From: Vicinamibacteria bacterium
GTDB taxonomy: Bacteria > Acidobacteriota > Vicinamibacteria > Marinacidobacterales > Marinacidobacteraceae
Length of the DNA stretch: 64,000 bases
Assembly (NCBI GenBank): GCA_963668695.2
Contig: CAXXLQ010000001.1
Location: 69,807-133,806 of the forward strand
Direction of reading: 5' to 3'
The notes below the pieces were generated by a model. That model saw only the letters and a list, made by a program, of their open reading frames with translations. It was not told where the DNA came from and did not search any database. Of the stretch, positions 9,504 to 18,787 are shown piece after piece. Within the stretch, counting starts at the first letter, position 1. Each line of letters starts with the position of its first letter. A program made the translations under genes and the position numbers.

Positions 9504-10754
9504 TCAGCGCGTCACCGCTGACGTTCCGGAGCCGGATGATTGCGGCATCGGTTTTTCGACCGCGAACGTGCAGCCTTCCCACCGCGCTACGACGGCTGGC
9601 GCGGCGCAGTGGCTCGCGACGTTCACGCTCGTCCGGATCGGATCAATCAGCGCGTCGATCCCGAGCAGGATGCCCAGTCCCTCCATTGGCAGGCCATGCC
9701 CCTCGAACACGGCCGCGAGGACCACGAAGTTGGCGCGCGGAACGCCCGCCACACCCTTGCTCGTCACCTTCAGCGTCAGCAGGATGACCGCCTGCTGCTC
9801 CCACGAGAGTTCGATCCCGGCCGCCTGCGCGATGAACAGGGTTGCCATCCCCAGGTGAATCGTGCTGCCGTTCAGATTCAGGCTCAGGCTCAGCGGCGTT
9901 ACCACTCCGAGGATGCGTCGCGGCACCCCGAATCGCTGCAGGTTCTCGAGCGTCTGGGGCAAGGCGGCGGCGCTCGATGTAGTCGCGAAGCCCACGAGGA
10001 ACGGCTCGCGTGCGAAATGCGCGAACCTCCGCATCGGAATGCCGCACAGAAACAGCCCTGCCGCCAGCACTGCCCCGAGGAAGAATCCCTGCGCAAGCCA
10101 GGCGAGGGCCGCGAACTCGGCCAGGCCCTCCAGGGCGGCGGAACCGCCTCCGGAGACCGCGTTGGCGGCGGCTGCAAACACTGCCAGGGGCGCCAGGTAC
10201 ATGACGTAGTCGGTGTAGCGGAACGCGACTTCCGCAAGCGCGTCGGCGAAAGCCACTACCGGCCGAGCCCGGCTGCCGACGGAGAGGCACGCAATCCCGA
10301 ACACGAAGCAGAACACGACAATCTGCAGCACGTCGCCCCTTGCCAGGGCGTCCACGATGCTCGTCGGAACGGCGCTCTCAAGCGCTTCGACGAAGCCGGC
10401 GGTTTCCGGGAGTTCCATGCCGGGTGCCGCACCCAGGGACAGGCTGTCGCCCGGCCTGGCCAGCATCACACTGAACCAGCCGAGCAGCAGAGCGATGGTC
10501 GTGGCGAATTCGAAGCAGACCACCGACTTCCAACCCAGCCGCCCCAGCGCGCCCATGGACCCGGCGCCGGCGATCGCCCGGATCAACACGCCCACCAGCA
10601 CGGGGGCGATGATCGACCGGATCAGCCGCAGGAACAGGGTGCTCAGGAACTCGATCCGCTCGGCCCAGTGCGGTGCCGAGAGGCCGAGGCACACGCCCGC
10701 AACCATCCCGACGAGGATCCACCAGGCAAGCGAGACTCTGGGGAGGCGGGGCAC
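9504..10754 (-). CDS. Dicarboxylate/amino acid:cation symporter (DAACS family)
   Basis: 416 aa, polytopic. Motifs GVPRANFVVLA and IDALIDPIRTSVNV are typical of GltP/DctA-type carriers. Confidence 0.85.
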   Translation of the reverse strand: MPRLPRVSLAWWILVGMVAGVCLGLSAPHWAERIEFLSTLFLRLIRSIIAPVLVGVLIRAIAGAGSMGALGRLGWKSVVCFEFATTIALLLGWFSVMLARPGDSLSLGAAPGMELPETAGFVEALESAVPTSIVDALARGDVLQIVVFCFVFGIACLSVGSRARPVVAFADALAEVAFRYTDYVMYLAPLAVFAAAANAVSGGGSAALEGLAEFAALAWLAQGFFLGAVLAAGLFLCGIPMRRFAHFAREPFLVGFATTSSAAALPQTLENLQRFGVPRRILGVVTPLSLSLNLNGSTIHLGMATLFIAQAAGIELSWEQQAVILLTLKVTSKGVAGVPRANFVVLAAVFEGHGLPMEGLGILLGIDALIDPIRTSVNVASHCAAPAVVARWEGCTFAVEKPMPQSSGSGTSAVTR

Positions 10755-10803
10755 CGAAGCGAGACGGGCGTTCCAGCCTACCAGCGGTGACTCCCCGGTG
10801 GCC

Positions 10804-11045
10804 CTAGCAGCCTGTGGTGGAACCCGGGTGAGCGCCGAGGCCGGCCAGTCCTCCCGGTGGGGGCGAGGCCCAGTTCTCCCGGTGGGGCCAGTCCTCCCGG
10901 TGGGGGCCCGGCTGACAAGGCGCGTGAGGGAGGAGTACCGGGTGTATTTCGACCGAAACGCAATGCAGAACGAAGCGAAGCGGAGTGGTTCAGCCGGGAT
11001 GCATCGCCGGGCGAACGCCGCCTGGGTTCCACCACAGGCTGCTAG
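10804..11045. mobile_element. MITE-like repeat element, family A, complete copy
   Basis: Perfect 22-nt terminal inverted repeats: ctagcagcctgtggtggaaccc (10804-10825) and gggttccaccacaggctgctag (11024-11045). Interior carries ccagt(c/t)ctcccggtgggg x3, ggctgacaaggcgcgtgagggagg and gtatttcgaccgaaacgcaatg modules shared with the other copies. No coding capacity. Confidence 0.7.
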
Positions 11046-11056
11046 GCGCGTTTAGC

Positions 11057-12256
11057 TCAGCGGAGCGTCGCCACTACCTTTCCGAGGGCCGTCAGGGAGA
11101 GCTCCGACAGGTTCAGCTCGTCGCCGCCCACGTTCCGGAGCAGAATCACCGCGGCGTCGGTCCCGGGCTCGATCCAGGCAGCCCCCCGGTATCCGGCCAC
11201 GCTGCCCCCGTGGCCATAGGCCGTGAAACTGTTGCCGTCGCTGTCGTCCGCGCGCCGCGCCATGAAGCCGAAGCCATAGCCACTCGAAAGATCTCCGGTC
11301 GCGAACGCCTTGGTCAGGTTGTCCTGCCGGACATCTGCGGGAATGACCCCGTCGAAAGGGGTCCCGGGGGCTCCGGTCAGGAACCGCAGGAACACCCCCA
11401 GGTCCTCGACCGTCGAATAGAGGGCGCCGTTCGGCACCTTGTAGCCGCGCCCCGCGTGTTCCCTCGCCGGCGTTTCGGCGTCGAGGCTTCCGTCGTCCTC
11501 TACGGTGAGTCCTTCCGCGATGCGGTCCTCAAGACTCGGTGTGGGGAAAAAGGTGCTCGAGTCCATCCCGAGCGGAGCCAGGAGGTTCTCCGCCACGTGC
11601 GCCATGAACGGCTCGCCGGCGGCCCGCTCCACGGCGGCGCCGAGCATCGCGTAGCCGATGTTCGAATACTGGTAGCGGGTACCGGGTTCGTACTCGAAGG
11701 AGGTCGCCTCGAGCGCCCGGAAGGCGGTATCGAGCCAATCTTCGGGGGCCCCCACCAGGTAGCGCGGGAGGTCCTGCGGTTCGCGGGCGAGCCCGCTGGT
11801 CATGGTTCCGAGCTGGAAAATGCTTGGTCCGGGGGTCCACGCATAGGGGTTGTCGACCTGCTCGAGTTCCGGCACCAGAATGGCGACCGGATCCCCCAGG
11901 CGCGCCTTCCCCTGGTGGACGAGCCGCAGCAGCGCCATGGCGGTGAACGGCTTCGTGATCGACCCGATGCGGAACAGGTGATCGGCCCGGGCAGGAATCT
12001 CGCCCTCGGTGTCCGCGAACCCGAATCCTTCCGCGAACAGCATTTCTCCGCCGACGAAGACCCCGAAGGCGGCGCCGCCGCGTCCGTCATCCTCGATGAC
12101 GCGGCGGATCTGTTCGGCGGCCGCAGCGGCGGCCTCCGGCAGCGACTGCGCCACCTCCGGTTCGGATCCAGGCCCACAGGTGAGGGTGGCGATCCCGAGT
12201 AGCAGGGAAGCCGCCAGCGGGCGGCTCGTGAGCGGAAAACGAACGTGGTGACGCAT
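11057..12256 (-). CDS. Serine hydrolase, beta-lactamase/transpeptidase-like (class C type)
   Basis: Track ORF 11057..12337, trimmed to ATG 12256 (MRHHVRFPLTSRPLAASLLLGIATLTC, signal/lipobox-like). Has the SxxK motif (GSITKPF) and YxN motif (YQYSNIGY). Confidence 0.85.
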   Translation of the reverse strand: MRHHVRFPLTSRPLAASLLLGIATLTCGPGSEPEVAQSLPEAAAAAAEQIRRVIEDDGRGGAAFGVFVGGEMLFAEGFGFADTEGEIPARADHLFRIGSITKPFTAMALLRLVHQGKARLGDPVAILVPELEQVDNPYAWTPGPSIFQLGTMTSGLAREPQDLPRYLVGAPEDWLDTAFRALEATSFEYEPGTRYQYSNIGYAMLGAAVERAAGEPFMAHVAENLLAPLGMDSSTFFPTPSLEDRIAEGLTVEDDGSLDAETPAREHAGRGYKVPNGALYSTVEDLGVFLRFLTGAPGTPFDGVIPADVRQDNLTKAFATGDLSSGYGFGFMARRADDSDGNSFTAYGHGGSVAGYRGAAWIEPGTDAAVILLRNVGGDELNLSELSLTALGKVVATLR

Positions 12257-12450
12257 GTCGAAGGGAACGATACCCGGAGGCCGGGGACGGCGTATTGGGC
12301 GTTTCGCCCCAGGTGGGCTCGGTTGACAACGGGTCATTCAGGGAGCGGCGAAGGGAGTTCGCTGCGCTGGCGCGCAGCGATGCCGGTCTGGAGACCGGCG
12401 GTCCCTGAACCGCGTCCCGTCCGGCCGCAGGGCGTTCCCCGGCGCGCTGA

Positions 12451-12735
12451 TAGCAGCCTGTAGTGAAACCCGCGCGGCCCAGTTCTCCCGGTGGGGGCTC
12501 GGCCGGCGATCCATCCCGGCCAAACAACCGGCAGTGAAACCCACGCGGCCCAGTTCTCCCGGTGGGGGCTCGGCCGGCGATCCATCCCGGCCAAACAGCC
12601 GGTGATGAAACCCACGCGGCCCAGTTCTCCCGGTGGGGGCTCGGCCGGCGATCCATCCCGGCCAAACAGCCGGTGATGAAACCCGCGCGGCCCAGTTCTC
12701 CCGGTGGGGGCTCGGCCGGCGATCCATGACCGGCT
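12451..12735. repeat. Tandem array, 4 x 71 bp (family A left-end module)
   Basis: cagttctcccggtggggg recurs at 12480, 12551, 12622 and 12693 (period 71). The unit is roughly cagccggtgatgaaacccacgcggcccagttctcccggtgggggctcggccggcgatccatcccggccaaa. Confidence 0.85.
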
Positions 12736-13229
12736 GTTCACCGCGTCGCTACGCGCCGCTCATCGTTGCGTTTCGGTCGGAATACACTCGGTATTCCTCC
12801 CTCACGCGCCTTGTCAGCCGGGCCCCCACCGGGAGGACTGGCCCCACCGGGAGAACTGGGCCTCGCCCCCACCGGGAGAACTGGCCAGCCTCGGCGCTCA
12901 CGTGGGTTCCACCACCGGCTGTTCACCGCGTCGCTACGCGCCGCTCATCGTTGCGTTTCGGTCGGAATACACCCGGTATTCCTTCCTCACGCGCCTTGTC
13001 AGCCGGGCGCCTCGCCCCCACCGGGAGAACTGGGCCTCGCCCCCACCGGGAGAACTGGCCGGCCTCGGCGCTCACGTGGGTTCCACCACCGGCTGTTCAC
13101 CGCGTCGCTACGCGCCGCTCATCGTTGCGTTTCGGTCGAAATACGCCAGGTATTCCTCCCTCACGCGCCTTGTCAGCCGGGCTCCTCGCCGGCCTCGGCG
13201 CTCACCCGGGCTCCACCACAGACTGCTAG
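12730..13229. repeat. Tandem array, 3 x ~175-185 bp (family A body plus right-end module)
   Basis: ccggctgttcaccgcgtcgctacgcgccgctcatcgttgcgtttcggtcg starts at 12730, 12915 and 13089. The last unit ends ...ccaccacagactgctag at 13229, 11 nt before the start codon at 13241. Confidence 0.85.
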
Positions 13230-13240
13230 GATCGTCGCCG

Positions 13241-16200
13241 ATGCGTCGGCTTTCGCTCCCCTTGCTGTTGATGGGCGTCGCCGCCCTCGCCAGTGGGCAG
13301 GACACCGGGGAGCGGTTGGTTCGGGTGACCGAGGGCACGAACTTCGCCGTCGCGGCGTCCCCGGACGGCGAGCGGCTCGTCCTGGATCTGCAGGGCACGC
13401 TGTGGTTGCTGCCGGCGACCGGGGGTTCGGCTGCGGCGCTCACCGATGGCCTGGGAGACGACCGGTTGCCCGACTTCCACCCCGAAGGCGACCGGGTGGC
13501 CTACCAGTCGTTCCGGGGTGGAACCTGGGACATCTGGCAGTTGGCCCTCCCCGGAGGGGAGCCCGAGCAGCTCACCGATAGCGAGTTCGACGACCGGGAA
13601 CCCACCTGGTCTCCCGACGGTAGCCGGATCGCCTTTTCCTCGGACCGCTCGGGGAGCTACGACATCTGGATTCTGGATGTCGCAACGGGTGACACGAGTC
13701 CGGTTACGAGCAGCCTCGGCAACGAATCGCAACCGGCATGGACCCCGGACGGCGACGGCGTCGTCTTCGTGGCCACTGCCGAGGGCGATGCGGACAGCAC
13801 CCTCCAGTGGCTCTCTCTCGCGCCGGACGGCGATTCCTCGGTGATTCCGGGGTCGGCGGGGAACATCGCGGCCCCGGCGGTCAACCCGGAGGGGACTCAG
13901 GTCGTCTTTCGGCGTCTCCAGTACGAGGGACTCACCCAGATGGGTACCCGTTTCGACATCGGGACCGCGAGCGAGTGGGTGCTGGTGCCCCTTTCCGAAG
14001 AAACGGACGCCTCCGACGGAAGTGAAGGTGCGACCGCGCCGCGAGTCCTCGCGGGAGCGGGGGAGGATCTGTTCCCCTTCCGGCCCCAGTGGCTCGACGC
14101 CCGGACCCTGCTCTATACCGCCGACGGTGGACTCCGGCGACTCGACGTGGGGTCTTCGCCGAGCGATGCCGAAGCGGAGCCTGCCGCTTCCGCGGAGACG
14201 GCCGCCGAGGTCATACCCATGTCCGCCGAGTTGGGCGTTCGCCGGCCTCCCGAACGTCGCGGCCGGATCCGTACCGATTCGGAAGGGGCGCTCCCGGTGC
14301 GGGGCATCATCCGTCCGAGCGTCAGTCCGGACGGGACGCGGCTCCTCTACGCCGCGCTCGGCGACATCTGGACCGCCCCGCTTGACGGTTCGGAGGCCCC
14401 CCTGCCGGTAACCCGCGACACCTGGCTCGACACCGACCCGGTGTGGTTGCCCGATGGGGAGAGCGTCCTCTTCGCGAGCGACCGCGGCGGGACGATGGAC
14501 CTCTGGGAGAAACGGTTGGACTCGGGACCCGGCGCCGGGCTTGTCCAGCTCACCACCCGGCTCGGGGCCGAGGTGAGTCCGGCCGTGACCCGCGATGGCT
14601 CCCGGATCGCCTGGCTGGACGAACGCGGAAACCTGCGGGTCACGAGCCGGGACCTTGATTCCGGTCCGGACTCCGAGCGGGAGGAGGAAACCGTCTATAC
14701 GGCGCGGCGGGGCGCCGGCATGCCGAGTTGGTCCGCGGACGGCGAAACGGTCGCGCTCGCCAGCCTGGTGCCGTACTCCTCACGCTACCGGGAGGGGCGG
14801 AACCGGATCGCGCTGATCGCCGCGACAACCGGAGAAGCACGGCTCCTCGAAGAACCGGCGGGCAGCTTCGGGACGCGCGATTCGGATGGCCCGGTGTTCT
14901 CGCCGGACGGAGGACGGCTGGCGTTCGCGCTGGGGGGAGGACTCGCGATCCTGCGGCTCAGCGCCGACGGCGTCCCCGAGGGGCCACCCGAGACCGTCTT
15001 CGAGGGGCCCGTGGACTTTCCCTCCTGGACTCCCGACGGGACGGCGATCGTCGCTCTTTCGGGTGCGTCGCTGCTGCGTATCGAGGCCGACGGCAGCGGT
15101 TCCGAGACCATCAGGTTGCGGCACGAGTTCCCGCTCGCGGCTCGTGCGGGAACGCTGCTCATTCATGACGTCGGAGTGCTCGATGTCGAAGCGGGCGAGG
15201 TTCTGGCAGGGCAGGATGTCCTGATCGAGGCCGGCCGCATCGTTTCGGTAACCCCGGTCGGCGAGCCGCCGCCCGAAGAGATGCGGGTCGTCAACGGTGA
15301 AGGGGCAACCCTGATCCCCGGGCTCATCGAGATGCACACCCATCCGATGACTCCGGCCTTCGGCAACCGCTTCGGGCGCGCGCATCTCGCCTACGGCGTG
15401 ACGTCGGTCCGGATTCCCGCTGCCGCTACCTACCGGGTTCTGGAGGAGCGGGAGTCCATTCTGGCCGGACTCCGGGTAGGTCCCCGGATCTTCCTGACGG
15501 GCCTCACCCTCGACGGAAGCCGCATCTACTACCCCGGCGCCGCCGCGCTCTCGAGCGGGCAGGGAATGGACGCGGCGCTGCAGCTCGCGCGGGAACTGGA
15601 CTACGACGTCGTCAAGACGTATGTCCGGCTCGACGACGAGTCCCAGCGGCAGGCCATCCGCCGCGCCCAGCGTCTCGGCGCCTTCGTGACTTCCCACGAG
15701 TTGTATCCGGCGGTCCGGTATGGGGTGAACGGGCTGGAGCACGTCAAGGGCACCTCGCGCCGGGGCTTTTCGCCGAAGATGACGGACCTCGGCCGCTCTT
15801 ACCAGGATGTCCGGACCCTGATTACCGAATCGGGAGTGTTCTTCACCCCGACCATGCTCATCTACGGCGGGTGGGAATTGGCGCTCGCCCGCGAACCCGA
15901 TCTCGTCTCGTCCGACCGCCGCATCCAGGCGTTCCCGGCGTGGCTCGCTTCCTCGCTTACCGCCCCGCGGGAACCGAGCGGGAACCGCGAGGCGCAGATT
16001 TCACGCAACCTCGCGCTGATGCGTCCCATGTGGGAGACCGTCAGTTCCATCGCGGCCGCCGGAGGCCGCGTCATCGCCGGAACCGATACGCCGATCGTGC
16101 CTTACGGACTCGGCCTCATCGTGGAGATCGAACAGTTGGCAGAGGCGGGACTTGGCCCTGCCGGAGCTCTTCGGGCGGCCACCCTCACGGCCGCCGCAGC

Positions 16201-16363
16201 CCTCGGGCTGGAAGGGGAACTGGGCGTCATTGCGCCGGGGGCCCTCGCCGATCTGGTGCTGCTCGACGGCAATCCCCTCGATGACATCTCGAACCTCCGC
16301 CGCGTGCGCGCCGTGCTCGCAAACGGGCGGTTGGCGACGCTGGATCAGCTTCTCAGCTTCTGA
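13241..16363 (+). CDS. TolB-like beta-propeller (PD40 repeats) fused to an amidohydrolase domain
   Basis: Track ORF 12704..16363, trimmed to ATG 13241 (MRRLSLPLLLMGVAALASGQ signal peptide); the upstream part is repeat translation. Has PD40-like repeats (DREPTWSPDGSRIAFSSDRSGSYDIW). The C-terminal domain carries the metal-binding HxH motif (LIEMHTHP). Confidence 0.85.
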   Translation: MRRLSLPLLLMGVAALASGQDTGERLVRVTEGTNFAVAASPDGERLVLDLQGTLWLLPATGGSAAALTDGLGDDRLPDFHPEGDRVAYQSFRGGTWDIWQLALPGGEPEQLTDSEFDDREPTWSPDGSRIAFSSDRSGSYDIWILDVATGDTSPVTSSLGNESQPAWTPDGDGVVFVATAEGDADSTLQWLSLAPDGDSSVIPGSAGNIAAPAVNPEGTQVVFRRLQYEGLTQMGTRFDIGTASEWVLVPLSEETDASDGSEGATAPRVLAGAGEDLFPFRPQWLDARTLLYTADGGLRRLDVGSSPSDAEAEPAASAETAAEVIPMSAELGVRRPPERRGRIRTDSEGALPVRGIIRPSVSPDGTRLLYAALGDIWTAPLDGSEAPLPVTRDTWLDTDPVWLPDGESVLFASDRGGTMDLWEKRLDSGPGAGLVQLTTRLGAEVSPAVTRDGSRIAWLDERGNLRVTSRDLDSGPDSEREEETVYTARRGAGMPSWSADGETVALASLVPYSSRYREGRNRIALIAATTGEARLLEEPAGSFGTRDSDGPVFSPDGGRLAFALGGGLAILRLSADGVPEGPPETVFEGPVDFPSWTPDGTAIVALSGASLLRIEADGSGSETIRLRHEFPLAARAGTLLIHDVGVLDVEAGEVLAGQDVLIEAGRIVSVTPVGEPPPEEMRVVNGEGATLIPGLIEMHTHPMTPAFGNRFGRAHLAYGVTSVRIPAAATYRVLEERESILAGLRVGPRIFLTGLTLDGSRIYYPGAAALSSGQGMDAALQLARELDYDVVKTYVRLDDESQRQAIRRAQRLGAFVTSHELYPAVRYGVNGLEHVKGTSRRGFSPKMTDLGRSYQDVRTLITESGVFFTPTMLIYGGWELALAREPDLVSSDRRIQAFPAWLASSLTAPREPSGNREAQISRNLALMRPMWETVSSIAAAGGRVIAGTDTPIVPYGLGLIVEIEQLAEAGLGPAGALRAATLTAAAALGLEGELGVIAPGALADLVLLDGNPLDDISNLRRVRAVLANGRLATLDQLLSF

Positions 16364-16519
16364 CCGTTAGCACAAGAAAGCCGTTGGGAGTGCACATATT
16401 TTTGGGGTATCGCGTTGGATCCCTGTGATACATTGCCGTCCCTCGCGCACCGTGTTCTCCGGGACTTAGTGGCCCACCGCGCCACACCGCCTGGACCAAA
16501 GAAAGGAATCAGATCGAGC

Positions 16520-16795
16520 ATGACCAAGGTGGAACTCGTAACGACATTGTCAGAGTTTGCTGGAATCAGTCGTCGCGAAACCGCCGCGGTTCTCGACGGA
16601 CTGCGTGACCTGGCGATTGAGGAACTCAAGGCTGGCAACGGCTTCATGCTTCCGGGAATCGCCAAGTTTTCGGTTGCGCACCGGGAAGCGAGAATGGGCC
16701 GCAACGTCCGCACGGGGGAAGCCATTGAGATCCCGGCGCGGAATGTGGTGAAATGTAAAGTTTCACGCCCCTTCCAATCCGACTCCTGCGACTAG
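16520..16795 (+). CDS. HU-family nucleoid-associated DNA-binding protein
   Basis: Track ORF 16415..16795, trimmed to ATG 16520. MTKVELVTTLSEFAGISRRETAAVLDGL...GRNVRTGEAIEIPARNVVKCKVS is the HU/IHF fold signature. Its stop TAG (16793-16795) lies inside the CTAG end of the adjacent repeat element. Confidence 0.85.
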   Translation: MTKVELVTTLSEFAGISRRETAAVLDGLRDLAIEELKAGNGFMLPGIAKFSVAHREARMGRNVRTGEAIEIPARNVVKCKVSRPFQSDSCD

Positions 16796-16977
16796 CAGCC
16801 CGTAGACAAAGTCGCGCGGCGTTCGACCGGCGATGCATCCCGGCTGAACCGCGCCGCTACGCGTCGCTCATCGTTGCGCTTGGTCGAAATACACTCGGTA
16901 TTCCTCCCTCGCGCGCCTTGTCAGCCGGGCGCCTCACCGCTCTCGGCGCTCGTGCCACTTTATCCACGAGCTGCTAG
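16792..16977. mobile_element. MITE-like repeat element, family A (short copy)
   Basis: Ends are ctagcagcccgtagacaaagt... and ...actttatccacgagctgctag. Interior has cgctcatcgttgcgcttggtcgaaatacactcggtattcctccctcgcgcgccttgtcagccggg. Confidence 0.65.
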
Positions 16978-17122
16978 CCTCCCGTTCGGAGGCCCGCCGC
17001 CGCGGTGGACCCGGCGCCACTTTGCCGAGGTCCCGAAGCGCCCAATCCGAAGCGCCCAATCCGAAGCGCCCGGTTGCGCGGATTCCCCTGAAACGGATAT
17101 GCCTTAGCGGTTCACTTCATCT

Positions 17123-18760
17123 GTGGATTGCCAAAGGGAGGGCTTCGATTCGTTGACCACCGGCCGGGCTGAGCGCGTATCCGGGGCGTCGCCCCCGCTT
17201 TATCCGGCGACCGACCTTTCGGGGTATCGGGACGATGCGGCGCTCTGGCGCAGCGTGCCGATGGAGTTGGTGCGGCGCCACCGTTTCGTTCCGCTGGCTG
17301 AAGACGGCGAGCGGCTCTCCATCGTGGTGGTGCCTCCGGTAGTCGAATCCGAGGTGGACCGGCTCGAGTTGCTGCTCCGGCGTCCGGTCGTCGTACATGT
17401 GGGGGATCCGGCACAGATCGATGCGATCATCGACCGGAACACCAACTCCAGCTTCCTGCTGGACCGGGCGTCCGAGGATCTGCGGATCGAGAGGCTCGAA
17501 CGCGGCGACGGAGGTTCCGGCCCGCCGGTCATTTCACTCGACACGCTGGAAGACGGTCAGACCGGTAGCCCCGTGGTCCGACTGGTGGATTCGCTGCTCG
17601 TGAACGCCATCGAGCGGCGCGCCACCGACATCCACATCGAGACCAAGTCCGGGGAGGTCGTTCTGAAGTATCGGGTGGACGGCATTCTCTATCCGGCGAT
17701 GGAGCCGGTGGACCGGGCGCACCATCAGACGATCGTGGCCCGGCTCAAGGTGATGGCGGAACTCGACGTCGCCGAGCGCCGGGTACCGCAGGATGGACGG
17801 TTCCGGGCGGCGCTTTCCGGCGGAGGCGATCGCGATCCCCGCACCGTGGACTTCCGGGTTTCGGTCATGCCGAGCGTGCACGGTGAAGACGTCGTGATCC
17901 GGGTGCTCGACAAGCGCAGTCTCGGGAGCCGCTTCGAGGCGCTTTCGCTGGAAGCGCTCGGGTTTTCGGGCCGGGAGCTCGGGCTCCTCCGCGAACACGC
18001 GCGTCGACCCTTCGGGATGCTGCTCGCCACGGGCCCCACCGGAAGCGGCAAGACGACGACCCTCTACGCCGTGCTCTCCGAGATCGCGACCCCGGAGGAA
18101 AAGATCGTGACCGTCGAGGATCCCGTCGAGTACGAGATCGCGGGAGTCACCCAGGTTCCGGTGAACGAGAAGAAGGGCCTCACTTTCGCTCGCGGCCTAC
18201 GGTCCATCCTGCGGCACGACCCGGACACGATCATGGTGGGCGAGGTTCGCGATCCGGAGACGGCCTCGATCGCGGTCCAGGCAGCGCTGACCGGGCATCT
18301 GGTCCTCACCACGGTGCACGCCAACCACGCGCTCGACGTGGTGGGGCGCTTCCTGCACATGGGGGCGGACCCTCACAATTTCGTTTCCGCGCTGAACTGC
18401 ATCGTCGCTCAGCGGCTGGTCCGAGTGCTGTGCCCGGCCTGCCGCCAGCCGGGGCAACCCGATGCGGCCGAGCGGGAGGCTCTGATGGATCTCGCATCGC
18501 GACCGGACCGGCTCTTCCGGCCGCGGGGCTGCCGGAAATGCGACGGAGCGGGGTACCGGGGACGAACGGTGGTAGCCGAGATTCTGTCGCTCAGCTCTCG
18601 GGTTCGGGAACTCATCCTGGCGCGGCAGGGAGGTCCCGCGATCCGGGCGCAGGCCGAAGGGGAAGGGATGGTTTCGCTGCGCCGGAATGCTCTCGAACTC
18701 GTAGCGCGCGGAGTGACGACTCTCTCCGAGGTCGATCGGGTAACGGCCCGTGAGACCTGA
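17123..18760 (+). CDS. GspE/PilB-family secretion ATPase (type II/IV secretion, type IV pilus assembly class)
   Basis: 545 aa. Walker A GPTGSGKTTTL, Walker B IMVGEVRD, His box LVLTTVHAN, tetracysteine CPAC...CRKCDGAGYRGR, and an N-terminal T2SSE_N-like segment. The start (GTG 17123) is uncertain. Confidence 0.85.
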   Translation: MDCQREGFDSLTTGRAERVSGASPPLYPATDLSGYRDDAALWRSVPMELVRRHRFVPLAEDGERLSIVVVPPVVESEVDRLELLLRRPVVVHVGDPAQIDAIIDRNTNSSFLLDRASEDLRIERLERGDGGSGPPVISLDTLEDGQTGSPVVRLVDSLLVNAIERRATDIHIETKSGEVVLKYRVDGILYPAMEPVDRAHHQTIVARLKVMAELDVAERRVPQDGRFRAALSGGGDRDPRTVDFRVSVMPSVHGEDVVIRVLDKRSLGSRFEALSLEALGFSGRELGLLREHARRPFGMLLATGPTGSGKTTTLYAVLSEIATPEEKIVTVEDPVEYEIAGVTQVPVNEKKGLTFARGLRSILRHDPDTIMVGEVRDPETASIAVQAALTGHLVLTTVHANHALDVVGRFLHMGADPHNFVSALNCIVAQRLVRVLCPACRQPGQPDAAEREALMDLASRPDRLFRPRGCRKCDGAGYRGRTVVAEILSLSSRVRELILARQGGPAIRAQAEGEGMVSLRRNALELVARGVTTLSEVDRVTARET

Positions 18761-18787
18761 CACGCCTGCCGGACCGGGAGGTCACGG

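Noticed and set aside
12704-13240. Long N-terminal ORF extensions running through repeat elements. Affected track ORFs: 12704..16363, 22995..24695, 26470..27639, 52241..53734, 19189..21384, 28827..30836.
   Set aside because: The extended parts translate to the same PTGRTGP / PHRENW / PPGELG-type peptides in several frames and on both strands at many loci. This is the signature of a non-coding repeat. In each case an internal start gives a sensible N-terminus (signal peptide or conserved family start).
16400-16519. Promoter upstream of the HU gene in the relatively AT-richer stretch (ttgggg/ttggat ... tgtgatacat).
   Set aside because: I could not find a -35/-10 pair with acceptable spacing and a hexamer match; only a weak extended -10-like TGTGATACA. 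That is not enough to call.
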